Positions 18,666 to 27,485 of a DNA stretch of 40,413 bases are shown here, in pieces. The translations under genes were made by a program, and so were the position numbers. The notes below the pieces were generated by a model. The model ran no database searches. It saw only the letters and a program-made list of their open reading frames with translations, and was not told the origin of the DNA. The first letter of the stretch is position 1; every line of letters begins with the position of its first letter. Source of the stretch: a virus. Lineage: Duplodnaviria; Caudoviricetes. Where the stretch lies: IMG/VR virus record IMGVR_UViG_3300031520_000010, positions 1-40,413 of that record. One strand, written 5' to 3'.

Positions 18666-18738
18666 CTCCTTCTGTGGTGGGCCGTGGTGGGCCGAAGGGT
18701 GGGGGACGGCGGGCCCACCACGGCGCCGTCCCCCACCC
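18666..18738 (-). promoter_or_regulatory. 15-bp hairpin whose 12-nt loop is complementary to the adjacent downstream sequence (pseudoknot/switch) ahead of the chaperone RBS
   Basis: Stem 18697-18711/18724-18738; loop 18712-18723 is the exact reverse complement of 18682-18693. Confidence 0.6.
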
Positions 18739-18747
18739 GCTCACAAC

Positions 18748-19392
18748 TCAGACAACCGGGGCCACGGCGGCTGGGACCGCCGCACGCGACGCCCACCCGA
18801 CACCCCCGATGAAGTACTGCGAGTCGGTGCCGTACGCCTTGTCGAAGTAGCTGTCGAAGGTGACGTCGTAGGTGGTGCTCTGCGCCCGGTTCCAGACCTC
18901 GTTCCCGACGGCCATCACCTTGACTCGCGGGAAGAACCTGGCGGCCAGGATCTGCCGGGTCGAGTCGTAGCCGAGCAGCAGCGCCCGCCGCTCCGGGTTC
19001 GACCCGTCCGTCACATGCTTCAACGCCACCGGCCCGCCCAGGACCACCTCGTTGAACCGGTGGAACTCCTTCAGCGCGATCACGGTCGCGTTGGTCTCCT
19101 TCAGGATCACCTTCGGTGAGAGGTAGTCCGACTGCACGTCGGAGCGGATCTTCGTGTTCCGCTGCCACCCGGTCTGGTCGGTCATAGTGATGGCCCGCTG
19201 GACGTCCACGCCGCCGCCGTCGGTAATCCCCGCGTTGTGGTAGCCGGGGGGAAGCGGCGCGAGGGTCCCGTCCGCCGCGAACGGGGACTGGATCAGTGGC
19301 GCCTCGATGTCGGCGACAAACAGGCCGCCGGTGGTGAAGGTGAGAACCAGCTCGTCGTTCAGGTCCGCGAGCAGGGTGGCGATGTCGGCCAT
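18748..19392 (-). CDS. Major tail (tube) protein
   Basis: 214 aa, GGAGG SD; LPPGY..AGITDGGG...WQ...IRSDV pattern; position before the chaperones. Confidence 0.85.
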   Translation of the reverse strand: MADIATLLADLNDELVLTFTTGGLFVADIEAPLIQSPFAADGTLAPLPPGYHNAGITDGGGVDVQRAITMTDQTGWQRNTKIRSDVQSDYLSPKVILKETNATVIALKEFHRFNEVVLGGPVALKHVTDGSNPERRALLLGYDSTRQILAARFFPRVKVMAVGNEVWNRAQSTTYDVTFDSYFDKAYGTDSQYFIGGVGWASRAAVPAAVAPVV

Positions 19393-19459
19393 GTTGCCTC
19401 CGGTGAGACGGACCCAGCTGGGTCAGGGGATCGTGCGAGGGTCGGGCGGGAAAACTGGG

Positions 19460-19762
19460 TCAGAAGACCTGGGTGTTCGCGGCCTCGCCGAGGATCCGGC
19501 GGCGTTTCACGTTCGTGTCGCCCCACTCGATGGCGGTCGCGTCCTGGTGGTCGGCGACCACCCGGGAGAACGGCCGGCCCTTCGGGCGGACACCGTCCTC
19601 GATGCGCAAGGACTTCTCGTACTCGTCGAGTTTCGCCTGCCCCGCCAGGGCCTTCGCGCGGGCAAGGATCGGAACGGCGGCGTCGTGCAGGGCGGCCTGG
19701 ACCTGATCGGAGCGCATCACTTCACCGATGCCCTGGAAGTCCGCGACGAACTCGAACGCCAT
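19460..19762 (-). CDS. Neck protein (HK97 gp10-like/tail completion)
   Basis: ATG at 19762 (TGATG coupling); A.AIEWG......RRILG.A motif. Confidence 0.6.
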   Translation of the reverse strand: MAFEFVADFQGIGEVMRSDQVQAALHDAAVPILARAKALAGQAKLDEYEKSLRIEDGVRPKGRPFSRVVADHQDATAIEWGDTNVKRRRILGEAANTQVF

Positions 19763-20157
19763 CAGGCCCTCCCCGTCGCCCTCGTCGTGATCTGGTAGGT
19801 CGAGATCGCCCGGAACACGCCCGGGTTGTTGTAGGGGACGGACGCGGGCGGGTCGCGCGGGAGGACAAGGTCCACCCCGTCCAGGTTCACCAGCACCGCG
19901 TGACCGCGCCCCGCCAGCTGCCACATCGCCGACCGGTCCGCGGCGAACCACGACACGTCCAGCAGGGACTGCTGCTCGACGACACCGTCACCGCCACCAC
20001 CCGGGACCTGCTGCACCAGTGCCATCGGCAGCCGGCGCTGCATGTCCGGTCCCGTCTCCGTGTCCGCCTGCACATCGGGCAGCGCCGCCCGGAGAGCAGC
20101 GATCACCAGGCCCTCCAGGTCCGGCCACACGTTCGCCGGGTGGGTGAGACCGGCCAC
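19762..20157 (-). CDS. Tail terminator protein
   Basis: WPD.E......L...LP.ALVQ.VPGGG......LDV..FA.DR pattern. Confidence 0.7.
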   Translation of the reverse strand: MAGLTHPANVWPDLEGLVIAALRAALPDVQADTETGPDMQRRLPMALVQQVPGGGGDGVVEQQSLLDVSWFAADRSAMWQLAGRGHAVLVNLDGVDLVLPRDPPASVPYNNPGVFRAISTYQITTRATGRA

Positions 20158-20160
20158 GGC

Positions 20161-20511
20161 TCAGCCCTCCCAGCGCTTCAGGTACGCCTCGACGTGGTGG
20201 GGCCGGCCGTTCGGTCCCGGCCAGGTCGCCGGGTCACCGTCGACCTGCAGGTCCAACGGACCCTGCCGGACCCGATCCGTGGCAGCGATGTCGGCGCCGG
20301 GCGGGGCGAACAGCGCCCACCGGGTGATCACCTGGTCCGCTGATGCCGTGTTCGACTCCGTGGAGGTGACGCCGCGCAGCGGCTGCAGGGAACAGCCTGT
20401 GATGTCGTGCTGCGAGGTCGGGCCCGGGGTGTACCCGTGCTGGTCCTGCACCGGCTCCCCGGGTCGGACCACGGTCACCGTCTGGCACATGGCCGGCGGC
20501 AGCCTGTTCAC
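20161..20511 (-). CDS. Head-to-tail stopper
   Basis: GTG at 20511 (GTGA overlap); TVTVVRP...D.HG, GCSLQP, P.GADI.ATDRV, VDGDP..W. Confidence 0.75.
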   Translation of the reverse strand: MNRLPPAMCQTVTVVRPGEPVQDQHGYTPGPTSQHDITGCSLQPLRGVTSTESNTASADQVITRWALFAPPGADIAATDRVRQGPLDLQVDGDPATWPGPNGRPHHVEAYLKRWEG

Positions 20512-21125
20512 CGCATCACCGGGAGCCTGTACCGGGCCAGCACGGCCACCTCCATAGCCGTCAGACCATTGCCGTCCGTGGCCCGCGAGTACGTCTCGCT
20601 GGTCTGGATCCCCCCGACGTTCTCCAGCCGCTGCGCGACCTCCGACGGGGCGGTGATCCGTTCCGCGACCGAGCAGGTCACGGCCTGCAGCTCGGGCGGC
20701 ACGTCCTGGTACCCGCCGCTGTACGTCACTGCGACCCTGCCCAGCCCGGGAGGAACCGCGTTGGCGGTCGCCGGGCGCCCATCGAACCCGTGCGTTCCGT
20801 ACATTCCGAACCCGCCCCAACGGGGCCACGTGCACTGCACCATCCCCGCCGTCGACCACGTCCACGACGCCGGCTGCAGCAACGGCAGGCCGTACCAGTC
20901 CACGCCTTTCACCACCACGGCCGACACGTCCGTCAGCTGAAGCGACGGCACCATCAGCAACTGGCTCCCGTTGCTGTCCAGGACCACGGTCTGGTCGACC
21001 ACCGAGGTGATCTCCCAGCCGCAGTAGGCACGGACGATCCCCGACGCGGCGGCCAACACCAGGTAGTCGATCCCCTCCCGCCCAGTGATGGAGACGAACT
21101 CCCCGCTGGACAGGAGGGGATCCAC
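20508..21125 (-). CDS. Head-to-tail adaptor
   Basis: AASGIVRAYCGW, LD.NG...L.VP, VTYSGGY..VP, E.AVL.RYR. Confidence 0.8.
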   Translation of the reverse strand: MDPLLSSGEFVSITGREGIDYLVLAAASGIVRAYCGWEITSVVDQTVVLDSNGSQLLMVPSLQLTDVSAVVVKGVDWYGLPLLQPASWTWSTAGMVQCTWPRWGGFGMYGTHGFDGRPATANAVPPGLGRVAVTYSGGYQDVPPELQAVTCSVAERITAPSEVAQRLENVGGIQTSETYSRATDGNGLTAMEVAVLARYRLPVMR

Positions 21126-21128
21126 TCG

Positions 21129-21320
21129 TCAGCCCTTCGTCTCGGCCTGCGCCTCGGCGGTCGTCACCGGCACCTCGCCGGGGCGGGTGACGACCTTCGC
21201 TTCCACGGTGGTCCTGATCTCGGCGTCGGCCAAGATGTACAGCGGCCGGACCTCGTCGTCGGTGTCCGTGGCCGGGTGCCCGGTCAGCGCCTCGAAGTCG
21301 TCGGGGTGATGTGTCGGCAT
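21129..21320 (-). CDS. Small acidic protein (63 aa) downstream of capsid gene
   Basis: GAAGGAG SD, ATG at 21320; typical position. Confidence 0.65.
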   Translation of the reverse strand: MPTHHPDDFEALTGHPATDTDDEVRPLYILADAEIRTTVEAKVVTRPGEVPVTTAEAQAETKG

Positions 21321-21334
21321 GCGCGTCTCCTTCC

Positions 21335-21765
21335 AGGGGATGTAAAATTTCGCTCAGTTCCCCGGGGTACCCCCGAAAGAGCGAACTCGAGCGCTACCGC
21401 AGTGGGACGGCGGGAACCAGCCCCCGCAGGCGTGTGCCTACGGGGGCTGTACTCGCTTAGGCTGGTGTCTGAGAGCCGGTCGGGGTATGGTCCTACCTCA
21501 ACAGCCCCTCGGAGGTACCTCGGGGTGGGCGGGTGGTCGGCAGGCTGCCTGTTACTTACCTGCCGAAGCGGCTACACCTCAGCGGGTGTGGCCGGGTGCA
21601 AGTCAGCCCCGACGGGATCCCGTCGGGGCTGACTTGTCTAGAACCTCCGCCCCCCGGTGAGGGGGCGCTGCCCAGTCGCACTTGAGGCGCCCGACCGGCG
21701 GCGCCAGGGCCAGTAGCCCTTGCTGGCACCGACGGTAGAGGACACACTCAAACAAAGGCAACCGA
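21335..21765 (-). ncRNA. Candidate large structured non-coding RNA (~430 nt)
   Basis: No credible ORF; 5'/3' enclosing helices, several nested long-range helices and local hairpins; most wobble pairs work on the minus strand; ends in a hairpin plus AAUUUU. Confidence 0.65.
21599..21636. repeat. Perfect 38-bp palindrome caagtcagccccgacggga|tcccgtcggggctgacttg
   Basis: Checked base by base. Confidence 0.95.
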
Positions 21766-23019
21766 TCAGGCCCACGTGATCGTGACCTGCCCGAACGCGC
21801 CGGGCCTGTAGATGGCCAGCGCCAGGCGCTCTTCCGCGCGGACCGCGATCAGGTTGCGGCGGAAGTCGTCCTCGTTGCTGTTGGTCATCTCCACGGTGAT
21901 GCCCTGCCGGCGGAAGATCTGCCCGCCCTGGCGGAACGCGCCCACGATCGGGGCGTTCAGCGGCGCTGCGGTGGTCTGCACCATCCGCAGGCCCCACAGG
22001 CTGTCGACGTTGGAGAAGCCGCCGTTGCCGTACGCGCCGGTGAACGGGCCGCCCGCGTAGTACTGGTTGTTCTTGTCCTTCGCCAGACGGATGTTCTGCC
22101 AGTCCACCGGGTTGATCAGGCAGGCGTCCGGCTCCATGAACTGGTGGGTCCGGATGTAGGTGACCTGCTGGTAGATGGCGTCCAGCGCCTGCGTGGGGGT
22201 CGTGGTCGCGGTGGCCGCCACGATCGCCGGCGACAGGCCCGTCCGGCTGAGCAAGCCCGTCACGCCCGGGTACCCGGTGCCCGAGATCAGCTGGACCTCC
22301 TCCTGGCGCTGGACCCCGAACACCAGGCGCCCGTTCAGGAACGACACCGCCTGTGGGACGTCCTGCACCATCTCGTCCGTCATCTTCATCGTGTTCGCGA
22401 TCTTGCCGACCTGCTCGGCGGTCCGACCGAAGGCGTCATCGGACAGCGGCTTCAGCGCGCCCTCGGCGACGGCGGCACTGTTGTCGTTCCACGTGGTCTC
22501 CTTGACGTAGGAGATCAGCGGGGAGTCGGTCGTGCCCTGCGCGAAGAGCTCCGCGACCAGCAGCTGCTGGAACAGCATGGGCACGATGCCCGGCAGAAAC
22601 GTGGGGGTCGCGATCGCCCCCGCGTTCCCGTTCAGGAACCCACCGACCGGCGTGGTCCCCTCCGTGATCACCGCCGCCGGGGCCTTTGTGCCCAGCTCCA
22701 TCGCCGCCACGAACCGGGATCCCTTGTGGTTCACGGCCGATGCGTACGTGTCCGACGCGACGATCTGCTCACCGAGGCTCTTGGTACTCAGGTCAGCGGG
22801 GCCCGCGGCCTTCTCCTCCGGCGCGGTCTCCCCGGCACCGATCAGGTCCAGCGCCCGCTGGTGGACGGCCAGGGTGCTGTAGTGGCCCTTCATCTCGGTT
22901 TCGAGCTGGTCCAGGGCGACGTTCTTCTCATCGGCCGAACGCGCGGGGTCGGTGACGATCTCGTTGGCTTTGCCGGCGAGCCGTCGGATGGCCGACTTCG
23001 CCTCGATCACTGCGGACAT
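21766..23019 (-). CDS. Major capsid protein, HK97 fold with N-terminal delta domain
   Basis: VAEGALKP.SD, KIA.....TDEM.QD, NP.DW..IRL.KD..NQY, F.RNL.AVRAEERLAL..YRP.AF. Confidence 0.95.
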   Translation of the reverse strand: MSAVIEAKSAIRRLAGKANEIVTDPARSADEKNVALDQLETEMKGHYSTLAVHQRALDLIGAGETAPEEKAAGPADLSTKSLGEQIVASDTYASAVNHKGSRFVAAMELGTKAPAAVITEGTTPVGGFLNGNAGAIATPTFLPGIVPMLFQQLLVAELFAQGTTDSPLISYVKETTWNDNSAAVAEGALKPLSDDAFGRTAEQVGKIANTMKMTDEMVQDVPQAVSFLNGRLVFGVQRQEEVQLISGTGYPGVTGLLSRTGLSPAIVAATATTTPTQALDAIYQQVTYIRTHQFMEPDACLINPVDWQNIRLAKDKNNQYYAGGPFTGAYGNGGFSNVDSLWGLRMVQTTAAPLNAPIVGAFRQGGQIFRRQGITVEMTNSNEDDFRRNLIAVRAEERLALAIYRPGAFGQVTITWA

Positions 23020-23035
23020 GGTCCGCTCCCTTCCG

Positions 23036-24055
23036 TTACTCGTACGCGGATGCCTGCGCTAACAGGCTGAAGCTGCGGACCCGCAGGGCGATCAGGCTGT
23101 CCTCGTCGGCGTCCACCGAGCGCACAGCGGCGGCCGAAGCGGCGTCTGCGGTCTCAATGGCGGCGGAGTCGTCCTGCTGTTCGTCCGAATCGGGATCTGG
23201 CACGACGATTTCGAGGATGTCGACCTCGGTCGCGTCGTTGTTCAGGGTGACGACGACGCCGTCGTCGGTGTAGGTGCGTCGGAACGTGTCCGCGTCACCG
23301 GAGTAGGGGTCGGACAGGTCGTACACAAGGGTCCCGCCGGCATCACCGGGGATGACGCCGCGCAACCACGCCCATCCGCGGCCGCCCGTCTCGTCCTGCA
23401 GGGCGTCCTGCACCCGGGCCTGCAGGGCCTCCACGGACCCGACGATGCTCTTCGTCTGCCGGACCAGGTTCTTCGCAGTACGGGTCGGCGCCGACTTCCC
23501 GGTGCCGTCGCCGTGCTCGGCCCCCAAGGCGACCGCATGGTCATGGATCGACTGGATCCTGCCCGCGTCGGCCTTGGAGTTGCGCGCACCGGCCTTCGCG
23601 CCGAACTCCTTCGCGGCCAGGACGACGGCCTCCCGGTTGCTGGGAATCGCGACGAACGCGCCGTTCAGCAGCTCCCGGGACACCGACTGCGATCCGTCCT
23701 TGCGCGTCGACTTCTCCGTGAGGAACGCGACGCTGGTGGTCCGTATGTGCCCCTCCTTGACGAGGGTGCGGACCTCCTGTGCCCTCGGCAACGACGAGTA
23801 GGTGCCGCGGACCACGAGGTTCCCGGTGACGTCTTCCAGCTCCGGCCGCCCGGAGCCGACGGTGCCCGCGACGGACATCAGGTGGTCCTGGTCGAAGGTG
23901 ATGTGATCCGGCAGCGGTGTCTTCCAGTCCCCCGGGAGCAGGGTGTCCCCGTCCCGGTCCTTCGTGGGGGAAGACAGGATCACCTCGAAGCCACCCGGGA
24001 AGTCCTGGTCGTCGCCGACCGGGCGGATCGTGGCGTCCTTCGTCTCGACCTTCAC
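23036..24055 (-). CDS. Prohead maturation protease (HK97 family) with long C-terminal extension
   Basis: DRDGD, DH, TTSVAF, ELL..AFVAIPSNREA; between portal and capsid. Confidence 0.85.
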   Translation of the reverse strand: MKVETKDATIRPVGDDQDFPGGFEVILSSPTKDRDGDTLLPGDWKTPLPDHITFDQDHLMSVAGTVGSGRPELEDVTGNLVVRGTYSSLPRAQEVRTLVKEGHIRTTSVAFLTEKSTRKDGSQSVSRELLNGAFVAIPSNREAVVLAAKEFGAKAGARNSKADAGRIQSIHDHAVALGAEHGDGTGKSAPTRTAKNLVRQTKSIVGSVEALQARVQDALQDETGGRGWAWLRGVIPGDAGGTLVYDLSDPYSGDADTFRRTYTDDGVVVTLNNDATEVDILEIVVPDPDSDEQQDDSAAIETADAASAAAVRSVDADEDSLIALRVRSFSLLAQASAYE

Positions 24056-25497
24056 GGCGACTCCTTGTCCTGGGTGGCGACTGTTTCCAGCTCCGCGAGG
24101 CGTTGTGTGACCCGACCACGCAGGCCCATCAGCGCCCGATCCGCGCCGACCCCCTTGACGGGGGCCGACGCTGTCTGCCGGGCCTCCGCCGCGTGCGCCT
24201 CATCGATCGCCTGCTGAGCTTCCTGGTTGTCCGCTTCGGTGCCCATCGCGGTCTCCGTGACGGACACACGGCGGTTCGGGTCGCCCAGCGGCTGCAGCGC
24301 CGCGTTCGCGTACAACAGGTCTGCCCGGCTTCCCGCGTCCTCCAGGTCGAACAGGACCCGTGCCTCGCTCGGCTTCATCACCCCGGAGAGGACCAGCTTC
24401 TGCACGGCTGCCGCGCGGGTCTCGAAGTCGCCTCGCAACACCTCGTCGAGCGCGAACGTTGCCCGCTTCGCGCCGGTGGCCGCGAACTCGGGCCGCAGGT
24501 AGTAGTCGACGACCGACTCGAACTCCTCCAGCCGCGGTGCCATCGTGTCCCGGTACATCGAGCGCATCTGCTCGGTGATGTTGGAGAACGTCGCGTGATC
24601 CAGGATGTGCACCACCGGTGGTGGGACGTCGAACACCATGCAGGACTCCTGCATCCCCAGCTTTCGGGTCTCCACGTACTGCATGTCCTCCGCCGTCAAC
24701 TGGGTGACGATCGGCTTCAGGCCTTCCTCGAGGACGAGGCTGCCGCCCATGTTGTCCGCGCCCGAGTGGTCCGCCTCGATCGTCGCCTTCAGCCGGCGCA
24801 CAGCCGCGTCGGACAGCTTCTGGTCGGTGCTCAGCGCGAACGACGGCCGGGCGCCCCGCTTCCACCAGCTCGCGGTTGCCCGCCGGGCCGCGTCCTCGTT
24901 CAACAGGGTCGACCGCAGCGGCTCCAACCGGGACAGGCCGCGCATCAGGTTGTCCGGGTTGAACCGCAGGAACGGCACCACGTCCCCGGCGGGCGCCCGG
25001 AGCAGTCCGGCTGACGCGACGCCGATCGAGAAGACGTAGACCACGCCACCGTCCGGGTCCCGCTCAACGGCGATCCGCGACGGGTGCATCGGCAGCAGCC
25101 GGACGACCGCCCCGGACTCGTCGCGGATCTTCAACCAAAACGCCTCGCCGTACAGCTCATAGGTGGATGCGGTCCACCGGTAGAAGTGGAACGGCGGCAT
25201 CACCGTGCTCGGGTTCGCGATCAGCTTCGCGTACGCCGATGTCGTGTCTTTCATCTTCGCGCCCGGACCGGACGTGTCCCACACGTTCAGCGTCAACCGC
25301 GCCAGTGCGTTCGAGATCTTGTCGGCGAGGGTGGCTATCGACGGCTGTGCCTGGTACATCCGGGAGTACGTCGCGTACTTTCCCGACAACTCCAGGGTGT
25401 CGCGGCCGTAGAAGTAGCCCGTGGACGACGAAATCGGGGTGACCTCACCCAGCGACTGGGGCGCGTAGGCCACCGCCGAACCACCCGAAATGATCAT
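24052..25497 (-). CDS. Portal protein (HK97 family)
   Basis: LYGEAF, PMHPSR, GLSRLE, VLEEGL, FDVPP..V..LD.ATFSNITEQ, LRGD. Confidence 0.95.
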   Translation of the reverse strand: MIISGGSAVAYAPQSLGEVTPISSSTGYFYGRDTLELSGKYATYSRMYQAQPSIATLADKISNALARLTLNVWDTSGPGAKMKDTTSAYAKLIANPSTVMPPFHFYRWTASTYELYGEAFWLKIRDESGAVVRLLPMHPSRIAVERDPDGGVVYVFSIGVASAGLLRAPAGDVVPFLRFNPDNLMRGLSRLEPLRSTLLNEDAARRATASWWKRGARPSFALSTDQKLSDAAVRRLKATIEADHSGADNMGGSLVLEEGLKPIVTQLTAEDMQYVETRKLGMQESCMVFDVPPPVVHILDHATFSNITEQMRSMYRDTMAPRLEEFESVVDYYLRPEFAATGAKRATFALDEVLRGDFETRAAAVQKLVLSGVMKPSEARVLFDLEDAGSRADLLYANAALQPLGDPNRRVSVTETAMGTEADNQEAQQAIDEAHAAEARQTASAPVKGVGADRALMGLRGRVTQRLAELETVATQDKESP

Positions 25498-25721
25498 CGG
25501 CCCGGCTCTGGCCGCTGCAGGTACGCCACCTCGACGCGAGGCAGGAACAGCTGCCCGTCGACCAGGGTTCGGCCCGTGGCCGTCAGCGCCGCCGCGTCGA
25601 CCAGCACCAGGGTGAGCTCGTCCGCGGACCGGAGCAGCCCCTCGAAGCTGTCACCGGAGTGCATCGTGACCACGAACCGCGACAGGACGCTCGCGCGGAT
25701 CAGCCTGTCCGGTCCCCGCAT
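25494..25721 (-). CDS. Sm/LSm/Hfq-like small protein
   Basis: 75 aa: FVVTMHSGDSFEGLLRSADELTLVLVDA (Sm1-like) and VDGQLFLPRVEVAYLQ (Sm2-like); ATGA-coupled to portal. Confidence 0.6.
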   Translation of the reverse strand: MRGPDRLIRASVLSRFVVTMHSGDSFEGLLRSADELTLVLVDAAALTATGRTLVDGQLFLPRVEVAYLQRPEPGR

Positions 25722-25739
25722 GAGGCCCCCCGTCGCAGG

Positions 25740-27485
25740 TCACAATCCGTTGATCACCAGGGGCCCGCGCGTCTCGTACACCGACTGTTCGACCGGTTCC
25801 CGGGCCATCGCTTCCGAAAGCGCCGTGACCAGGGCGGACACGGCGTCGATCTTGTCGCCGCTCGTTGCCTTGTTCGGCTTCACGTCCCCGGCCGGGTTCA
25901 TGTCCACCGCCAGGTTGTCGACCATCCACCGCACCGCCGGGTTCCCCCCGTGCCGCAGCAGCGGACGCTGCGCGGTGCCGGCCAGCGTCATCCGCTGGAC
26001 CTCCTTCAGCGGCGCCGACATCGTCGCGAACCCCTGGCCGACCGGGACCATGTTCAGACCCTCCGCGCTCAGTGAGTTCACCAGCGCCGAGGCGTTCCAC
26101 CGGTCGTAACCCACCGACCGGACGTCGAAGCGGTCCGCGTCCGCCCGGATCGACGCCTCCACGAACTCGTAGTCCACGACGTTGCCCGACGTCACCGTCA
26201 GCAGGCCCTCACGGGCCCACACAGACGCCGAGCCGGCGGTCCGCTTGTCCAGTGCCGCCATGTTGTCCTGCGGCGTCCACAGCCTCCACAGCGCGTCGTA
26301 GCCCCCCGTCTCGTCCGGGAACAACCAGCACAACGCGCACAGGTCGGAGGTGGACGCCAGGTCCAGGCCGCCGTACGCCTCCCGGCCCCGCAGCGCCTGC
26401 TCGTCGACCATCCCCGCGTTCCGATCCCACGGGCCGAGCTCCAGGAACTTCGTCTCCTGCTTCGTCCGGATCCCCAGGTGCAGGCGCAGGTACTTCGCCA
26501 GGTCCGCCGGGCTGTTCTGGGCCTTGCGGGCCTCCGCTGCGAGGAACGCCCGCGACGGGGAGATCCCGAACCCCGGGTTCGCCTTGCGCTGCGTGGCCTC
26601 CACAAACGGGTCGTCGGCCTCCTCGGCCGCCCAGATCACCCCGAAGTAGCTCTCATCCGACAGGGCACCCCGGGCCAGGCTCTCGATGTAGGTCCGGCGC
26701 TGGTCGTACACCGTGTTTCGCTTACCCGAGTCCGCGGTCGTGATCAGCACGATCAGCGGCTGCGTCCGGGAGCCAGTCCCCGTCTCCAGGGTCTCGACCA
26801 TGTCCGCGTTCGGGTGGATGTGCAGCTCGTCCACGATCCCGCAGTGCAGGTTCGCCCCGTGCTGCGCGTCCGCCGCCGAGGAGATCACCTCGATGTAGCT
26901 GCCCGTCGGCTGGTGGATCACCTTCTTCGCCACGACCTTCACGAACGGCTTCAGCGCCGACGAGGACGCCGCCAGCTTCTTGATCGGGTCGAACACGAAC
27001 CCCGCCTGGCGCTCCGTCGTCGCCGCCGTCACCACCTGCGCGCCCGGCTCGCCGTCAGCACACGCCATGAACACCGCGACCCCGCCGGACAGAGTCGACT
27101 TGCCGTTCTTGCGCGGCACGTCCACGTACAGCTGCCTGATGATCCGCACGTAAGCGTCGGCGTCCGCGTCGAACCGGACCCAGCCGAACACCGGCGCCAG
27201 GATGTACGCCACCTGCCACGGGTCCGGCGTCAGCGGCAGCCCGCCGTTACGCGCCCACTTGCCCTGGGTGTGCCGCAACAGACCGAACGACCGCAGCACC
27301 CGGTCCACCCGCACCGGGTCGAACCGCGCACCCGGGACCAGCCGAGGCTCCGGTGTCTTGATCCGCGGCGGGCAGTCCGGGTAGGGGATGCCTCGGCTGA
27401 CGAGGTAGTACACCACCTCGGGCGAGAGCTTCAGCCGGGCCAGCGTCTCCTCGTCAGCCGGCGAAGGGGTTCTCCTCGGCGCCAT
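25740..27485 (-). CDS. terL: Terminase large subunit
   Basis: Walker A VPRKNGKS, Walker B IVDELH, ITTA, GGLDLAS..DL, YDRWNA, KIDAVSA. Confidence 0.97.
   Translation of the reverse strand: MAPRRTPSPADEETLARLKLSPEVVYYLVSRGIPYPDCPPRIKTPEPRLVPGARFDPVRVDRVLRSFGLLRHTQGKWARNGGLPLTPDPWQVAYILAPVFGWVRFDADADAYVRIIRQLYVDVPRKNGKSTLSGGVAVFMACADGEPGAQVVTAATTERQAGFVFDPIKKLAASSSALKPFVKVVAKKVIHQPTGSYIEVISSAADAQHGANLHCGIVDELHIHPNADMVETLETGTGSRTQPLIVLITTADSGKRNTVYDQRRTYIESLARGALSDESYFGVIWAAEEADDPFVEATQRKANPGFGISPSRAFLAAEARKAQNSPADLAKYLRLHLGIRTKQETKFLELGPWDRNAGMVDEQALRGREAYGGLDLASTSDLCALCWLFPDETGGYDALWRLWTPQDNMAALDKRTAGSASVWAREGLLTVTSGNVVDYEFVEASIRADADRFDVRSVGYDRWNASALVNSLSAEGLNMVPVGQGFATMSAPLKEVQRMTLAGTAQRPLLRHGGNPAVRWMVDNLAVDMNPAGDVKPNKATSGDKIDAVSALVTALSEAMAREPVEQSVYETRGPLVINGL

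Noticed and set aside
21556-21747. 63-aa ORF inside the capsid-downstream interval
   Set aside because: No SD, low-complexity translation, and it runs through the palindrome; RNA structure explains the region better
21335-21765. Group II intron or self-cleaving ribozyme interpretation (a GUGCG occurs near 21680)
   Set aside because: No domain V, hammerhead core or group I P7 motif recognised by eye; an Rfam search is needed to exclude these formally
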